DNA of 63,262 nt, counting the filler, from Octopus bimaculoides (taxonomy: Eukaryota): NCBI RefSeq assembly GCF_001194135.2. It is 5 parts of 5 records of this genome, joined end to end, with 100 filler letters (N's around TTAATTAATTAA, not from the genome) between each part and the next. Parts side by side here need not be neighbours in the genome. Positions count along the whole stretch, not along the records: positions 14,643 to 43,246 come from NC_068982.1; 4 more parts are not named here. The stretch is one strand, 5' to 3'. Both the position numbers and the translations under genes were made by a program. The notes below the pieces were generated by a model. That model was given only the letters and a program-made list of their open reading frames with translations, did no database searches and was not told the DNA's origin. Every line of letters starts with the position of its first letter. Positions within the stretch are counted from its first letter, which is position 1. This document shows positions 24,933 to 37,075 of this stretch, piece by piece.

Positions 24933-25031
24933 TTGAAAGTGTTTACGTTATAGAGTTGGTGCTGGTGAATATAATCTATAACTGGTTCTTGCAAGAGGAA
25001 TTTCACGCTTTCACCACGCCGCAAGGCTCGG
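24933..25031 (-). CDS. NMNAT: NMNAT coding exon (RALRRGESVKFLLQEPVIDYIHQHQLYNVNTFK)
   Basis: Acceptor ttatattgcag, donor gtaagt. 99 nt, phase 2 to 2. Matches [27 protein letters not shown]. Confidence 0.96.
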
Positions 25032-25718
25032 CTGCAATATAATTTCATAATCACAATCCTAATCCTCTTTATTAGTGCCCCCACCACCACCACCACCACC
25101 ACCACCACAAGACAGAAAGAAAGAAATAAAGGAAAAGAAAAGAAAAATAAAAGACAAAGGGAAAGGTAAAGACAGATGCAAAAGAACATATAACAAACAA
25201 TATATCCATGTAGAGGAATGGTGGGGGTGAGAGAGGCGGGAGGGGTATAAGGGAGTGAGAGAGGGGAAAGGGGTAGACAGGAGGGGAGAGAGAGAGGGAA
25301 GAGTAAGATGGGTAAGGGATGAGAGAAAGGGATAGAGGGGGAAGAGGACAGATGGATACAAATAATTGATTACCACAACCAGTCATAGTATGATGGCTGC
25401 AATATAATAAGAGGTATCCATTTCTTATCAGTTTGTAGTAGTCCTCTTTCTGGTATCTGATGCTGAAGAGAAATAACCACTCTGAAATACATGCATCCAT
25501 TGACCTGGTTCTCCATAACAAAATACAATGAATGGATTTCCTACGGGGTTTGTATATGTGAGAAGCATATTTGAACTGGTAACAAGTTTATATTTATGTA
25601 CATCATTGTTTAGCACTTCTATTTTATATAACAAACAATGTAGCCATCTAGAGGGAAGAGAGAGCGAGAGAGAGAGAAGGGTGACAGAAGGGGAAAAGAA
25701 ACTGAAAGATAAACTCAC

Positions 25719-25777
25719 CGAATCTTTGTAGAACTAATGTCATTTCGTATCCATTCTGGGACAATAAATATATTTTC
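25719..25777 (-). CDS. NMNAT: NMNAT coding exon (ENIFIVPEWIRNDISSTKIR)
   Basis: Acceptor tttttgctag, donor gtgagt. 59 nt, phase 0 to 2. Contains the ISSTKIR ATP-binding motif. Confidence 0.97.
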
Positions 25778-26714
25778 CTAGCAAAAAAACAAAAACTTGA
25801 TAACTTGAAGTTGAAAGAACAAATAGATGAATAATGACTGGACACACACACACACACACACATACATACAATCCAGCATCCAACCAATGTCAATATGAAA
25901 ATCACATATAAGTGAAGATATATTTTGTTTGTCCATTTTTATGCCTGTTTTTCCATGTTGCCATGGCTTGAATGTGTCATTTTACATGGCTCAACATGGA
26001 TTTCCTTAACCCAAATCTCATTTACAAGGGATAACTTCATCATGTCTTTGAATATTTAAAGCAAGCTATTTGTTGACAGGAGAGGGGACAACAGCAACAT
26101 AACTTAAAGCTTAGATAAACACACACACACACACAAATAGCCTTTAAAGTTCATGCCATTTGTGTTGCTTTTCTATGTATGCCAAACCTGAAATCAACCC
26201 CAAAATTGCATTTATGGCTTAAATGGGATTCGACACTTCCATCTCTCCAGCATCCTCCCAACACCTGATATCTTCTTCATTGTTATTTACCTCACTGTAA
26301 ACTCTATGTTATTTTGTACCAACCATTTCTGGCTTCCCACCTGTTGATGTTCCAATGCTATATTGAATACTTACAACTAGAAGATATAACACCTGAAGAG
26401 ACACTAATAGTCTATATATCATTGATGGAAGATTTGGTTATTATGCTGCAGCTGGCCATCTATCATAGTAGGGTGAAATCACATAATCTGGTCATTCTGG
26501 CAGCCATAGCAGATAATTCTTGCCTGTCAACGATACAATTTTGAATGTTCTCAGGCACCACTGGTCCTTATTCAGCTCCTCTCAGGGTAAATGACACAGT
26601 ATTCTGTGTTCTAATACAACCTCTACTTTAAGTGTGAGGTCAAGATTACTTTTTTAAGTATTAACACTGCTTCCAATGTTATTAATTATATAAATATATA
26701 TATCGTTGCTTTTT

Positions 26715-26909
26715 AGGAGCCACTGGCATGTAAAAAGCACCCACTACACTCTCGGAATGGTTGGAGTTAGGAAGGGCATCCAGCTGTACAAACCTTACCA
26801 GATCAGATTGGAGCCTGGTGCAGCCTCCTCGCTTGCCAGTCCCTGGTCAAACCGTCCAACCTATGCCAGCATGGAAAGCAGATGTTAAACGATGATGATG
26901 ATGATGATG
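26715..26909 (+). mobile_element. RTE 3'UTR/tail-derived repeat
   Basis: Same domain and (GAT)n tail. Confidence 0.8.
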
Positions 26910-28134
26910 TTAAACTGTCGTATGTCCAAATTTGGCCAAATGCATATTTTTCAATATTTATTTTTGCTTACAATAGCCGGTTCTTTTGGTCAAACTATCA
27001 TATCTCCAGCTGCTTCAGATGCCAAGATATCAAAAATTGTCAAAGTGTAGTTCAACGTTTTTGCTATAGAATGGTGAAACTATTTTTTTGTTTTCTGAAA
27101 AAGCAAAGTTTTGGACTTATGACACTTTTGTATAATAGCAACAATATATAGGTTTGTATATTATTATACAAATAACTTTTCACCATCATCTTTGTCCTTT
27201 CTTCTTTTCTTTTTATTTCACTTCTCCCACTGTTTCTCTTCCTAGTTTCCTCCATAGGGGCTTTTATTACTCATTTTTATCTACCATAAGCAATAAACAT
27301 CTCAGCTTTCAGCTCAATGGTTTCCCATCATTGACACTACATATATATTAATGAGATTATAATCTACTGAAACTACTCCATAAATCTGAGGATGCTGATA
27401 ACAAAATGAAACCCTAACCCCTATCTCACTAAAGTAATTGGTGAATAAGCATCGCTTCTTCGATTCACATTTATTTTCATTTTTTTCCTGTTAACCGAAT
27501 CTTTGCATTCTTCTCTGCAGCAGTCTAATTTCATAACTAAAAAAGTCCTGGAGGACAAGGCACAGACAGGAGAGTTATGGGCCATTGGTAATGTTATATA
27601 CGATGCATCCAATGTGCTTTTGAAACAATTGTAGGGTCCAATAATCGTTTCCATCCCTTTTACCTACAGACTTGGTTATTGCATTATAAGCAACATTTGT
27701 AGCTTTCAAAATGGAATTGTATTGCATCTGCCATGTTATTGGAATTTTTTGTCTAATCTTGATAAGGAATGACCCATTAATTAATTAGTTTTATTGATCA
27801 ATTATCAAGTCATCAGTGTTCTCTATAGAAGCTGTGTTTATGTTGAAGACTAATAAACTGTGTTTCACCACAGCTATTCAACTAAAATTCTTCAAGGCAG
27901 TACTCCAGCATGGCCACAGTCTGATGAGTGAAAAAAGTAAAAGGAAAAAGATAAAAGGTACGTATATATATATTTGAGATGGGCTTCTTTCAGTTTCTGT
28001 TGTCCAAATTCACTTACAATACTTTGGTTGGCCAAGAGCTATGGTAGAAAACACTTGTCCAAGATGTTGTACAGTGGAACTGAACCTGAAGCCATGTGCT
28101 TGCAAAGTGAACTTCTTAACCACACGGCCATGTC

Positions 28135-28171
<37 letters not shown>

Positions 28172-28779
28172 CCTCATCATCTAACATCCATGCTCCATGC
28201 TGGCATACACTGAAGAATGGATCCAAGGACAGCAAAGTGTCCACTGTCTGCTTTCATCTGGTTTCTATGTTCGGATGGCTTTCTTAGTGCCAACCAGTTC
28301 ACAGCATAGACTCGGTGCTTTTTCTATGCTACTGGTGCTACTGGTGAGGTTGTCATCCAGACACACACAGATGAAACCAGTTATTTGAAGTAAATTAAAT
28401 ATTACACCTGTTTTTGTCTCTTTAATTTGTCTTCAAGGGCTACAATAATTATATAAACGTTTGCACATTTTACCAATTTGTGTGTGTGTTTATGTTTATT
28501 TATTTTTTATTTTAGACATTTATATTTTTGATTTTTTTTTTTACAATGGGAGGATTTGAATTTCAGAATGAAGATCTATGAAACAGTATCAGTTTATAGT
28601 GTTATTTTTATATGTATCAGAAGAAAGAAGGTGCCATCTAATATGAGTGATTGTACCTGAACAACATAACACTGCCGCCGCCACCACTCACAACACCACT
28701 ACCAGCAGCAACAACAACAACAACACTGCCACCACCAACACCATCACCATTAAAAAACAAATTCAAGCAAAACATTTAC

Positions 28780-28881
28780 CTGGTATTTGTTTAACATATC
28801 ATTTTCATAAATGAACTTTCTTGGGTCTGAGTTCTCTCGAGTGATACAAACAAGACCATATTTGGAAAGTATTTTCTCCAG
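28780..28881 (-). CDS. NMNAT: NMNAT coding exon (LEKILSKYGLVCITRENSDPRKFIYENDMLNKYQ)
   Basis: Acceptor ttctgttttcttag, donor gtaaat. 102 nt, phase 0 to 0. Matches [23 protein letters not shown]. Confidence 0.96.
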
Positions 28882-29069
28882 CTAAGAAAACAGAATGAAA
28901 AGAATATAAGAAACTGCAATACATGAATGTATATTAAAAAAATCAAAAGTTATGAAACCATAACAACTCCAAAATGTCACAGTGGTTTGTTAATAAAATT
29001 TAGTTCTACCTTTATTTTCACAGTCACAAATTTACAGGTATGTAAACTTGTGTAATAAGAGAAGTATTT

Positions 29070-30762
29070 AACTAAGAACGACTTGTTGTACTTGGCATTC
29101 GTTGGTCTAGAGAAAGTCTGTGACAGAGTACCCCACTCTGTTATACGGTGGTCGCAGAGAAAGCTAGGGGTAGATGAATGGCTTGTGAAAGTGGTGCAGG
29201 CCATGTACAGGGGTGCTGTTATTAAGGTAAGAGTTGGCCATGGCTACAGTGATGAATTTAGTGTACAGGTAGGTGTTCACCAAGGCTTAGTTCTCAGACC
29301 CCCTCCCTATTCATCATCATCCTCTAAGCCATAACAGAAGAATTTTATACTGGAAGACCATGAGAACTACTATATGTTAATGATCTGGCCCTCATATCAG
29401 AATCTGTAACAGAACTAGAAAAGAAATTCCAGGTGTGGAAACAGAACCTGAAATCAAAGGGTCTTAAAGTTAACTTAGCAAAAACCAAGGTTCTTGTAAG
29501 AAAGAAATTGGACAGGACCCTTCACCTTTCAGGTAAATGGCTCTGCTAGATATGTAGGAAAGGTATGGGCAGAAATTCCATTTGGTGCACCCAGTGCAAG
29601 CTATGGACACACAAGAAGTGCAGTGGAATAGAAGTTAATAGAAAAAGCAATGCTTGTGTGTGAAAGATGTATGAGAGCCATAAAGACCACAGATACATGG
29701 GAAACTGATTTCTTTAAATGTCCCAAATTTCTGCTACCTAGGTGATCTAATTAGCAGTGGAAGAGGATATACAGAAAGTATAATTGCTAGAATAAGAATA
29801 GGATGGAGAAGTTGAAATAGTTTTTACCTGTTTATACTCTGCTGGATATGCAATGTCAGTGTAAATGTGCAACAAAGTACTTGAGTACTGAGAGGAAAGT
29901 CAGGTGGAAGTGGAATTGTATACAGTGTGCAAGAGAGGAAAGTCAGGTGTTGATATGGTCACATGATGCAGATGGATGAGGTCAGTTGTATAAAGAAGTA
30001 CCGATCAATTTAAGTGGAGGGAAGCTTTAGAAGAGGGAGACCCCCCAGAAAGACAGGGGGCAAAATAGTAAAGCTTGATCTCAAAACCCAGAGCCTTACA
30101 AAGGAGATGGAAGATGACTGAGATATGTGGCACCCACCACAACAGCATTCCTATCCTAAAATCAAGGTAACATGTCACAAGTAACCAGTATGCTGAGCCA
30201 AACTGAGCCAAAACAGACTATGGAACCCATTGCAGCCCTTGACAAGTGACCAAGACCTTTGGAGATCTGCTGTGCTTGAGAAGACCCGGCAAGCCAAGGG
30301 AGACCATAATCGTGACTGATGCCAGTGTCACATGACTGGCCCATTAAAAATCATCCTTCAATCATCAGGCAACATGCTGTGCTGGTGAAGACCCATTGAA
30401 CAGAGTGAAATCATAGTTGTGGCCGATGCCAGTGCCAGTGGCAAATAAAAAACACCATCTGAGCATGCCCAATGCCAGTGCCACCTGACTGACACCCATG
30501 CATGTGGCAAATAAAAGGCACCATTTGAGTGTGGCTAATGACAGTACCACCTGACTGGCTCCCATGCCAGTGGCATGTAAAAAGCACCCGCTACACTTTC
30601 GGAGTGGTTGGCATTAGGAAGGGCATCCAGCTGTAGAAACCTTGCCAAATCAGATTGGAGCCTAGTGCAGCCTCCCAGCTTGCCAGTCCTCAGTCAAACC
30701 ATCCAACCCATGCTAGTGTAGATAGCAGACATTAAACAATGAAGATGATGATGATGATGATA
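29070..30762 (+). mobile_element. RTE-clade LINE, 5'-truncated and decayed, in an NMNAT intron
   Basis: LYLAFVGLEKVCDRVP, GVHQGLVL, ORF end LWRSAVLEKTRQAK, then the tandem-unit 3'UTR and a (GAT)n tail. Confidence 0.9.
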
Positions 30763-30964
30763 TATATATATATATATATACCCTAGCACCTGCCACCATC
30801 CCTCTCCTGCTCTTGCTCCCTCTCTCTCTCTCTACGTAACTATCTCCCTCCTCTTTAGCAGTACACCTGTTTCTGCCCTCATTCATGTTAACACACACTC
30901 CCTCTCTCTTTCCCTCTCTTTGGCTGGGTAACCAGGTTCCTCCTCTGCAGCAAGACATCTGTTT

Positions 30965-31335
30965 CTGTCCTCCTCCAATGCCCCCCCTCTCAAAGATGCC
31001 TTGTCTTGCAAAGTTACTTGGTGACCCGGTCAGTGCTAGTGCTACTTAAAATGCATCCAGTTCACTTCTGTAAAGTGGTTGGCATTTGGAAGGGCATCCA
31101 GCTGTAAAAACCATGCCAAAACTGCCCCCCACCTGTGCAAGTGCCATGTAAAAGGCACTCAGCCCACTCTGCAGAGTGGTTGGTGTTAGAAGGGGCATCC
31201 AGCCATAAAAAATCCCTGCCAAAACAGACACAGACGCATGGCACAGGCTCCTGCCTGGCCAGCTCCTGTCAAACTGTCCAACCCATACCAGCATGGAAGG
31301 AGGACGTTAAATGATGGTGATGATGATGATGATGT
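30965..31335 (+). mobile_element. RTE 3'UTR/tail-derived repeat, variant with a duplicated aagggcatccagc domain
   Basis: Two copies of ggaagggcatccagc followed by a (GAT)n tail. Confidence 0.7.
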
Positions 31336-31854
31336 ATTACCTATGCATATATAATACATACACACATGTATTACATCTACCTATGTAATACATGTATAGA
31401 GCTACATTGTAAAAGGTGAAAAACATCCTGAAACCAATACATCATCATCAGAATCTCTAAAAGCCATCCAAGTGTCTGGCTATTGAGACTCTGTTAGCCT
31501 GTATGTCTTGTGTTAGAACAACACACAGGACCACTTAACAACCAAATAACTTCAAGATCCTTGCTTCCAAAAGGGAATTATTCCATTTTCTTTTAAAAGT
31601 TTTAAAATTTCTTTTTGTGTCAACAACAAACACTTTTCATAGGTAAGAATAAAGTCTCTAAAATGCAGTTGGAAATTCCAAGGATTGTTTTGGTCTAATG
31701 GTAGAAACGTCTGTCATGTCTACAGGAGACATGTGTTTGAGTCCCATGAGCAGCTTTTGACTTCTTCTATCCAAAATGGATTTCCAACCTAATATTTATA
31801 TGGTATCAGTTATAGCTTTATATGTACTTTGAGGTCCAACAGAAAAAAATGAAG

Positions 31855-32450
31855 TGACTGCATGGTAAGAAGTTTGCTTCTCAGCCACATAGTTCTGGGT
31901 TCAGTCCCACTGTGTAACACCTTGGACAAGAGTCTTCTATTATAGCCTCAGGCTGAACAAAGCCTTGTAAGTGGATCTGATAAACAAGAATTGAAAGAAA
32001 CTCGTCATATATATTTATATATACATCTGTGTATGTGTCTTTATTTCTGACAACCAGTGTTGGTATGTTTACGCCCCTGTAACCTAGTGGTTCAGCAAAC
32101 GGAACTGATAGAATAAACACTAGTCTTAACCCTTTCGAGACCAACCCAGCTGAAACTGGCTCAGGCTCTGAGTACAAATGTCTTGTTTTCAAAAGTTCTG
32201 AATTAAAATCTTCCACCAAACCTTAGTCACAATTTATGTTCTTAACACCAGCTTAATGACAACTAAGTTATTTTACTAAATTCTTTCTAATATTCAAAAT
32301 TAATTTAAAGAAACACTGAGCATCTCAAAAGAAATCTGATAATGAAAGGGTTAAATTAGTACTGGGGTCAATTCGTTCAACTAAAATACTTCAGGGCAGT
32401 GCCCCAGCATGGCCACAGTCTAATGACTAAAACAAGTAAAAGACAAAAGG
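31855..32450 (+). mobile_element. SINE family B interrupted by a piggyBac-type MITE
   Basis: Family B head at 31855. The body resumes after 32354 and ends aaacaagtaaaagac. Confidence 0.8.
32130..32350. mobile_element. piggyBac-type MITE (221 bp)
   Basis: TTAA duplication on both sides (32126-32129, 32351-32354), terminal inverted repeats CCCTTTC...GAAAGGG, no ORF. Confidence 0.85.
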
Positions 32451-32717
32451 TTATGTTCTCTTGAAAGTTTTTAAAATCTTTTAAACATTCAAAAAAAGAG
32501 AAAAATAGAAATTATATATTTTTCTAAATAATTATTTTTTGATTATGTGACCTCGTTAGCTTCAGTTGTTTCTGAGATATGCAAAGTAAACATTCAAATA
32601 AAGAAACATCATAAAAGCAGTGGCACTTAATATTTTGGAAGATGTATATGTTAGAAGAGGAGAGAATAATGGTCAAGTAAAGAAATATGAAACTAAAATA
32701 GAATGAGTAAAACACAC

Positions 32718-32848
32718 ATCTTCATCTTTCCAAAGTCCTGGTTTTGCAAAGGATTCTAAAAGATCAGCACCACAGAGCAGCTTGATTTGGAGAGTTGGCT
32801 GTGTAAAACACAAGTTCTGCAGAGTCATTCGTGTGCCATCAACTTCAT
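32718..32848 (-). CDS. NMNAT: NMNAT coding exon ([44 protein letters not shown])
   Basis: Acceptor ttttgcatttcag, donor gtgtgt. 131 nt, phase 1 to 0. Contains the diagnostic [15 protein letters not shown] motif. Confidence 0.96.
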
Positions 32849-33008
32849 CTGAAATGCAAAATTCAACAAAACAATTCTCTTAGATCGGATGATATATACT
32901 ATCTCAGATGTTACAGTTTCTCAATCTACTGAGAAATAACTAAATTAGACCTGTTTATATATACATAGCTTGCATATAATAGCTTGGATGATATATATCA
33001 TCCAAGCT

Positions 33009-33057
<49 letters not shown>

Positions 33058-33104
33058 GCTCAGATGGTATATAATACCAATTAGCCTTCTAAAATAATAA
33101 ATAT

Positions 33105-34160
33105 TTATGTTAGAGCCATACAAGACATGTACAGGGATGCGGTCAGTAGGCTATGAGTACAACGACAAATTTGGTGTACAAGTAGGGATTCACCAGGACC
33201 CAGTTCTCAGTCCCCTTTTATTCATCATAGTCCTCCAGGCCATAACAGAGGAATTTAAAACTGGTTGTCCCTAGGAAATACTATATGCTGATAACCTCAC
33301 TCTTAACATAGAATTTGTAATGGAGTCAGAGAAGAAATCCAGGGATGAAAGCAAAACTTGGAATCAAAGAGCCTTAAAGTTAATCTAGCAAAGACCAAAG
33401 TTTCTGTGAGCCAAAAAGCAGATAAGACCATCTTTCTGTCAGGTAATTGGCTCAGTTCCATTCATTGCACCCAGGGCAAGCTATGGACACTTAAGAAGTG
33501 GAATCACATGCTGGTTAACAGAAGAAGTTGTATTTGTATGCGGCAGATGTACAGGAACAATATGTGACAAGGACACACAGGAATTAGATACTCAAATTCC
33601 TAGGAGACTCCATTGAGGTTGTAGATAGTTTCTGTTACCTAGGTGACCAAATCAACAGAGAAGGAGAATGTTCTGAAAGTATTGTTGCTAGAATAGGAAC
33701 AGTATGTAAGAAGTTCAGAGAGCTATTATGTCTGTTGACAACAAAAGGACTCTCTCTCTCTCTCTCTCTCTCTCAGAGTGGAAGGCTTCGATACGAACTG
33801 CTCCATGGTCGTGAGATATGGGCTCTGAATTCAGAAGAAATGCACAGACCAGAGAAAAATGAAGCTAGTCAACAAATGTGCAAAATCCATGTGCATATAC
33901 GATGAAGTGCAAATGTGCCCAGAGAAAAAGTTGGACATAAGAGGAATCAGATGTAGAATGCTAGGGAGAGACTACGATGATTTGGACATGTGATACATAT
34001 GAATGAAGACAGCTGTATAAAGAAGTAGCAATTGCTTAGATTGGGTGGAATCTGTAGAAGAGGGAAATCCAAGAATACATGGGATGAAGCAATGAGGGCC
34101 AATCTCAAGATATTGGGCCTCACAGGGATGACAATGGACTGAGATGTCTGCTGATATGAG
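33105..34160 (+). mobile_element. RTE-clade LINE RT fragment, decayed, in an NMNAT intron
   Basis: GIHQDPVLSPLLFIIVLQA, LYADNL, SLKVNLAKTKV, DSFCYLGD. Same family as the 16-18 kb copy. Confidence 0.88.
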
Positions 34161-34502
34161 ATTCTTGAAAAAGATCCTCTCACCTCAGCAAAACTGAGTT
34201 CTGAAAGTGCTTCATATTTCACCCACATGTAACATTAATTAACATGCCCTACACCAATGAACCAATTTACATCTCTTCTTCATGCACTCTGCTTTTCTCT
34301 CCCCAACCATTCCTACAGCCAAACACTGCTCTGTCAACTCTATCATTACTCTTGCGTCTCTTCCCTATAAACTCATAATTCATCACTCACTGCATTCTCC
34401 CTTTTGCACTCTCATGAACTCCCTACCCATGCACCCACAACAACTCCTTACCGTTCCATTTATATTCACATACCTTGAGAGTATGGCCCTGGCACATCAC
34501 CA

Positions 34503-34537
<35 letters not shown>

Positions 34538-34799
34538 TCTCCTTCTCTCTCTCTTTCTCCCTCTCTCTTTCTCTGACTGGGATATCCATATATCTTCTCT
34601 ACAGCAAGACACCTGTTTCTGTCCCTCTACCATAGTGTAACCTTTCATCACCTGTCACAAATCCACGTCCTTCAACACCACTCCCCCTCTCAGTTGAGGG
34701 ATCTTTGTCTTGCAAGTTACGTGGTGACCTCACCAGTGCTGGTGCATGGACCCAACACACACTAGCATGGGAGATAGACATTAAATGATGATAATAACA

Positions 34800-34840
<41 letters not shown>

Positions 34841-35533
34841 ATGTGTGTATAACAGTTAAACTTCTGTACAACATAGTCTTGTAAATTTCTGCCAATGCTT
34901 TGATTGAATCACAACGGGACCAAAGTCCAAGCTGATGGTCGCAAGACAATCTTGATAAACTCACCTGTAGCAATTGATCATTTTGGTTCATTTTATTTGG
35001 AGAATTACAAACCTTTTCACAATACAAACCCAAATATTGCCTCAACAGCATATCACATAAGGAATTACAGCTTTCTTCCACAACATATGGCAAGAGAAAA
35101 ACCTTTCCTTGGATAGAACATCAGGATGAACACAGTGCAGCAGCAGTAGTAGCAGCAGCAAGCTATCAGTTGCAAAACTACCCTGTTATTTGTGAGAGAT
35201 GCAAAATCTCCACTAAAACACACCTGTTCTTGTCTCCAGGTAATTAATGTAATTGTCTTCTTCTATGTTTCACTTTTTTGTTTTTTTTAAAGCAGATTCA
35301 CATCCAATGCACTTCCGTTTGTTGTATTTGGTCAGCATGAGATAAATTGTGTTGGCCAATCAAGATCTTCTCCAGGAGAATCTGAAGTCAGAATCTGCAG
35401 GAGAATCGAACTTTTTCTAGAAAATAGTTATTTTTAGTGTTCTCTCTCTAATTGTTTTGTCTGTAAAGAAACATCATTAGGGCCCGACATAAAAAAAAAA
35501 ACATAAAAAACAAATCACTAAGAAACTGTACTT

Positions 35534-35534
<1 letters not shown>

Positions 35535-35564
<30 letters not shown>

Positions 35565-35700
35565 ACGTCCATTTCCCATGCTGGTATGGGTCGGAGAGTT
35601 TGACAGGGGCTGGCCAGGCAAGAAGCTGCACCAGGCTCCATTGTCCATTTTAGTATGGTTTCTGCAGCTGGATTCCCTTCCTAACACCAACTTTATAGAT
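35535..35700 (-). mobile_element. RTE tail-derived repeat
   Basis: (CAT)n followed by caacgtccatttcccatgctggtatggg...ccttcctaacaccaac. Confidence 0.75.
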
Positions 35701-36270
35701 AAGATACTGGTGCTTCTTATGTAGCACCAGCACTGACAGGGTTACCAAGTACCTTGCATGATCAAAAGAGCAAAAGTTCCTCTGCTGGAAGGGGGACAGT
35801 TGTCGCAGGATGGCTGTGTGGTCAGGCTGTGCCATTCATAACGAGATGGCTTTGGATTCAGTTTTATATGGGGCAACAAGGTTCAGATCTTGCCTCTGGA
35901 AGGCCTGCAAAAGTGACAGTTCCTATTCTTGGATTAGTAGATTTAATCCATAGCTAAGTTTAACATCCGCCCCTGGGTGCCTTTATTGGGTTCTACACTG
36001 TTGCAAGCATTGATGTCTGCTACGCAATTTACGGATAACTTTCTCATTTCTTTGCACCTTTCAATCTCAGACACCTTCCTCTTCTTCTCAGTTGTACCAA
36101 AAAGCAAACAAGACACTTTAATCCCTTGAGTCTAACTTTCTCCTCCACCTGGGCTTTTGAGCAAAAAAAATAAATAGATGCATACACAAATCAAAAGCAA
36201 TGATTGGAGGTAAACTAATGGATGGAATCACAAAAAAAAATTCAGGTGAATAACAATAATGAGCCCATCT

Positions 36271-36386
36271 CCCGAATCACTACCTTCCTCATCATATTCT
36301 CCAGTCTCATTGTCCAAATCACACTATTTGTTCACCCGAATCACTACCTTCCTCATCACATTCTCCAGTCTCATTGTCCAAATCAC
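36271..36386. repeat. Tandem duplication (period 64 nt; 52 nt repeated with 1 mismatch)
   Basis: cccgaatcactaccttcctcatca(t/c)attctccagtctcattgtccaaatcac occurs at 36271 and 36335. Confidence 0.9.
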
Positions 36387-36914
36387 TCTCATTGCCTGCC
36401 TAAGGGTAGACTCTTCAACTGAAGAATAAACATCATCAATAATTTCCTCATCTGTAAAGAATCTAGGCCTTGCTCATTTACCAGATGAAGTGCTGGGTTC
36501 ATCCCATGCTCATGTAATTGTAAATAAATCTTCTTTTTTTATATATTTTCGATTAAAAACGAAAATAAACAACAGCTATGGGGTAAACCATTAAAAGTGA
36601 GTCACAAACACACTTGACTACAAAAGCTGCAACAAGATCTCTTGTCTATTTTTAGCATATCTTTCTTCTCTATGTGTGTGTGTGGTTCATTATAACTTTA
36701 TTGAGAATCTGGTAGAAATTATGTTTTGGCTATTCTCGCTATACCAGGAACGACAACACAATATAGAGTTAAGATATGACACTCTGAATGTGTATATAAT
36801 TTAAAGAATTTTTTTTTTTTCTGAATGAGTCCATTTGAGGAATATATCCGGCATCCCAAGTGTGCTTGTTTGCACATGTATAACCAATTAATGTTGTATT
36901 TAGGTGATTTACAA

Positions 36915-37075
36915 TATATGAAGTGAAGGTTTGGCTCACAATCATAATGGTGTGGGTTCAATTCGTGGATCAGATGGCACAGTGTGTCCTTGAACAAGGT
37001 GCTTAATATCACATTGCTCCAGTCTACTAAGATGACAATGAGTACAAACAATGTTGGTGCAGCTCCCTCCAGCCA
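36915..37075 (+). mobile_element. tRNA-derived SINE, third family
   Basis: B-box-like ggttcaattc followed by gtgtccttgaacaaggtgcttaatatcacattgctccag, a common SINE post-head motif. Confidence 0.5.

Noticed and set aside
27430-27663. Minus-strand 234-nt phase 0-0 open segment with AG/GT ends inside an NMNAT intron
   Set aside because: The acceptor is poor, the peptide has no NMNAT similarity, and insertion would split the conserved YQ|ENIF catalytic-domain junction.
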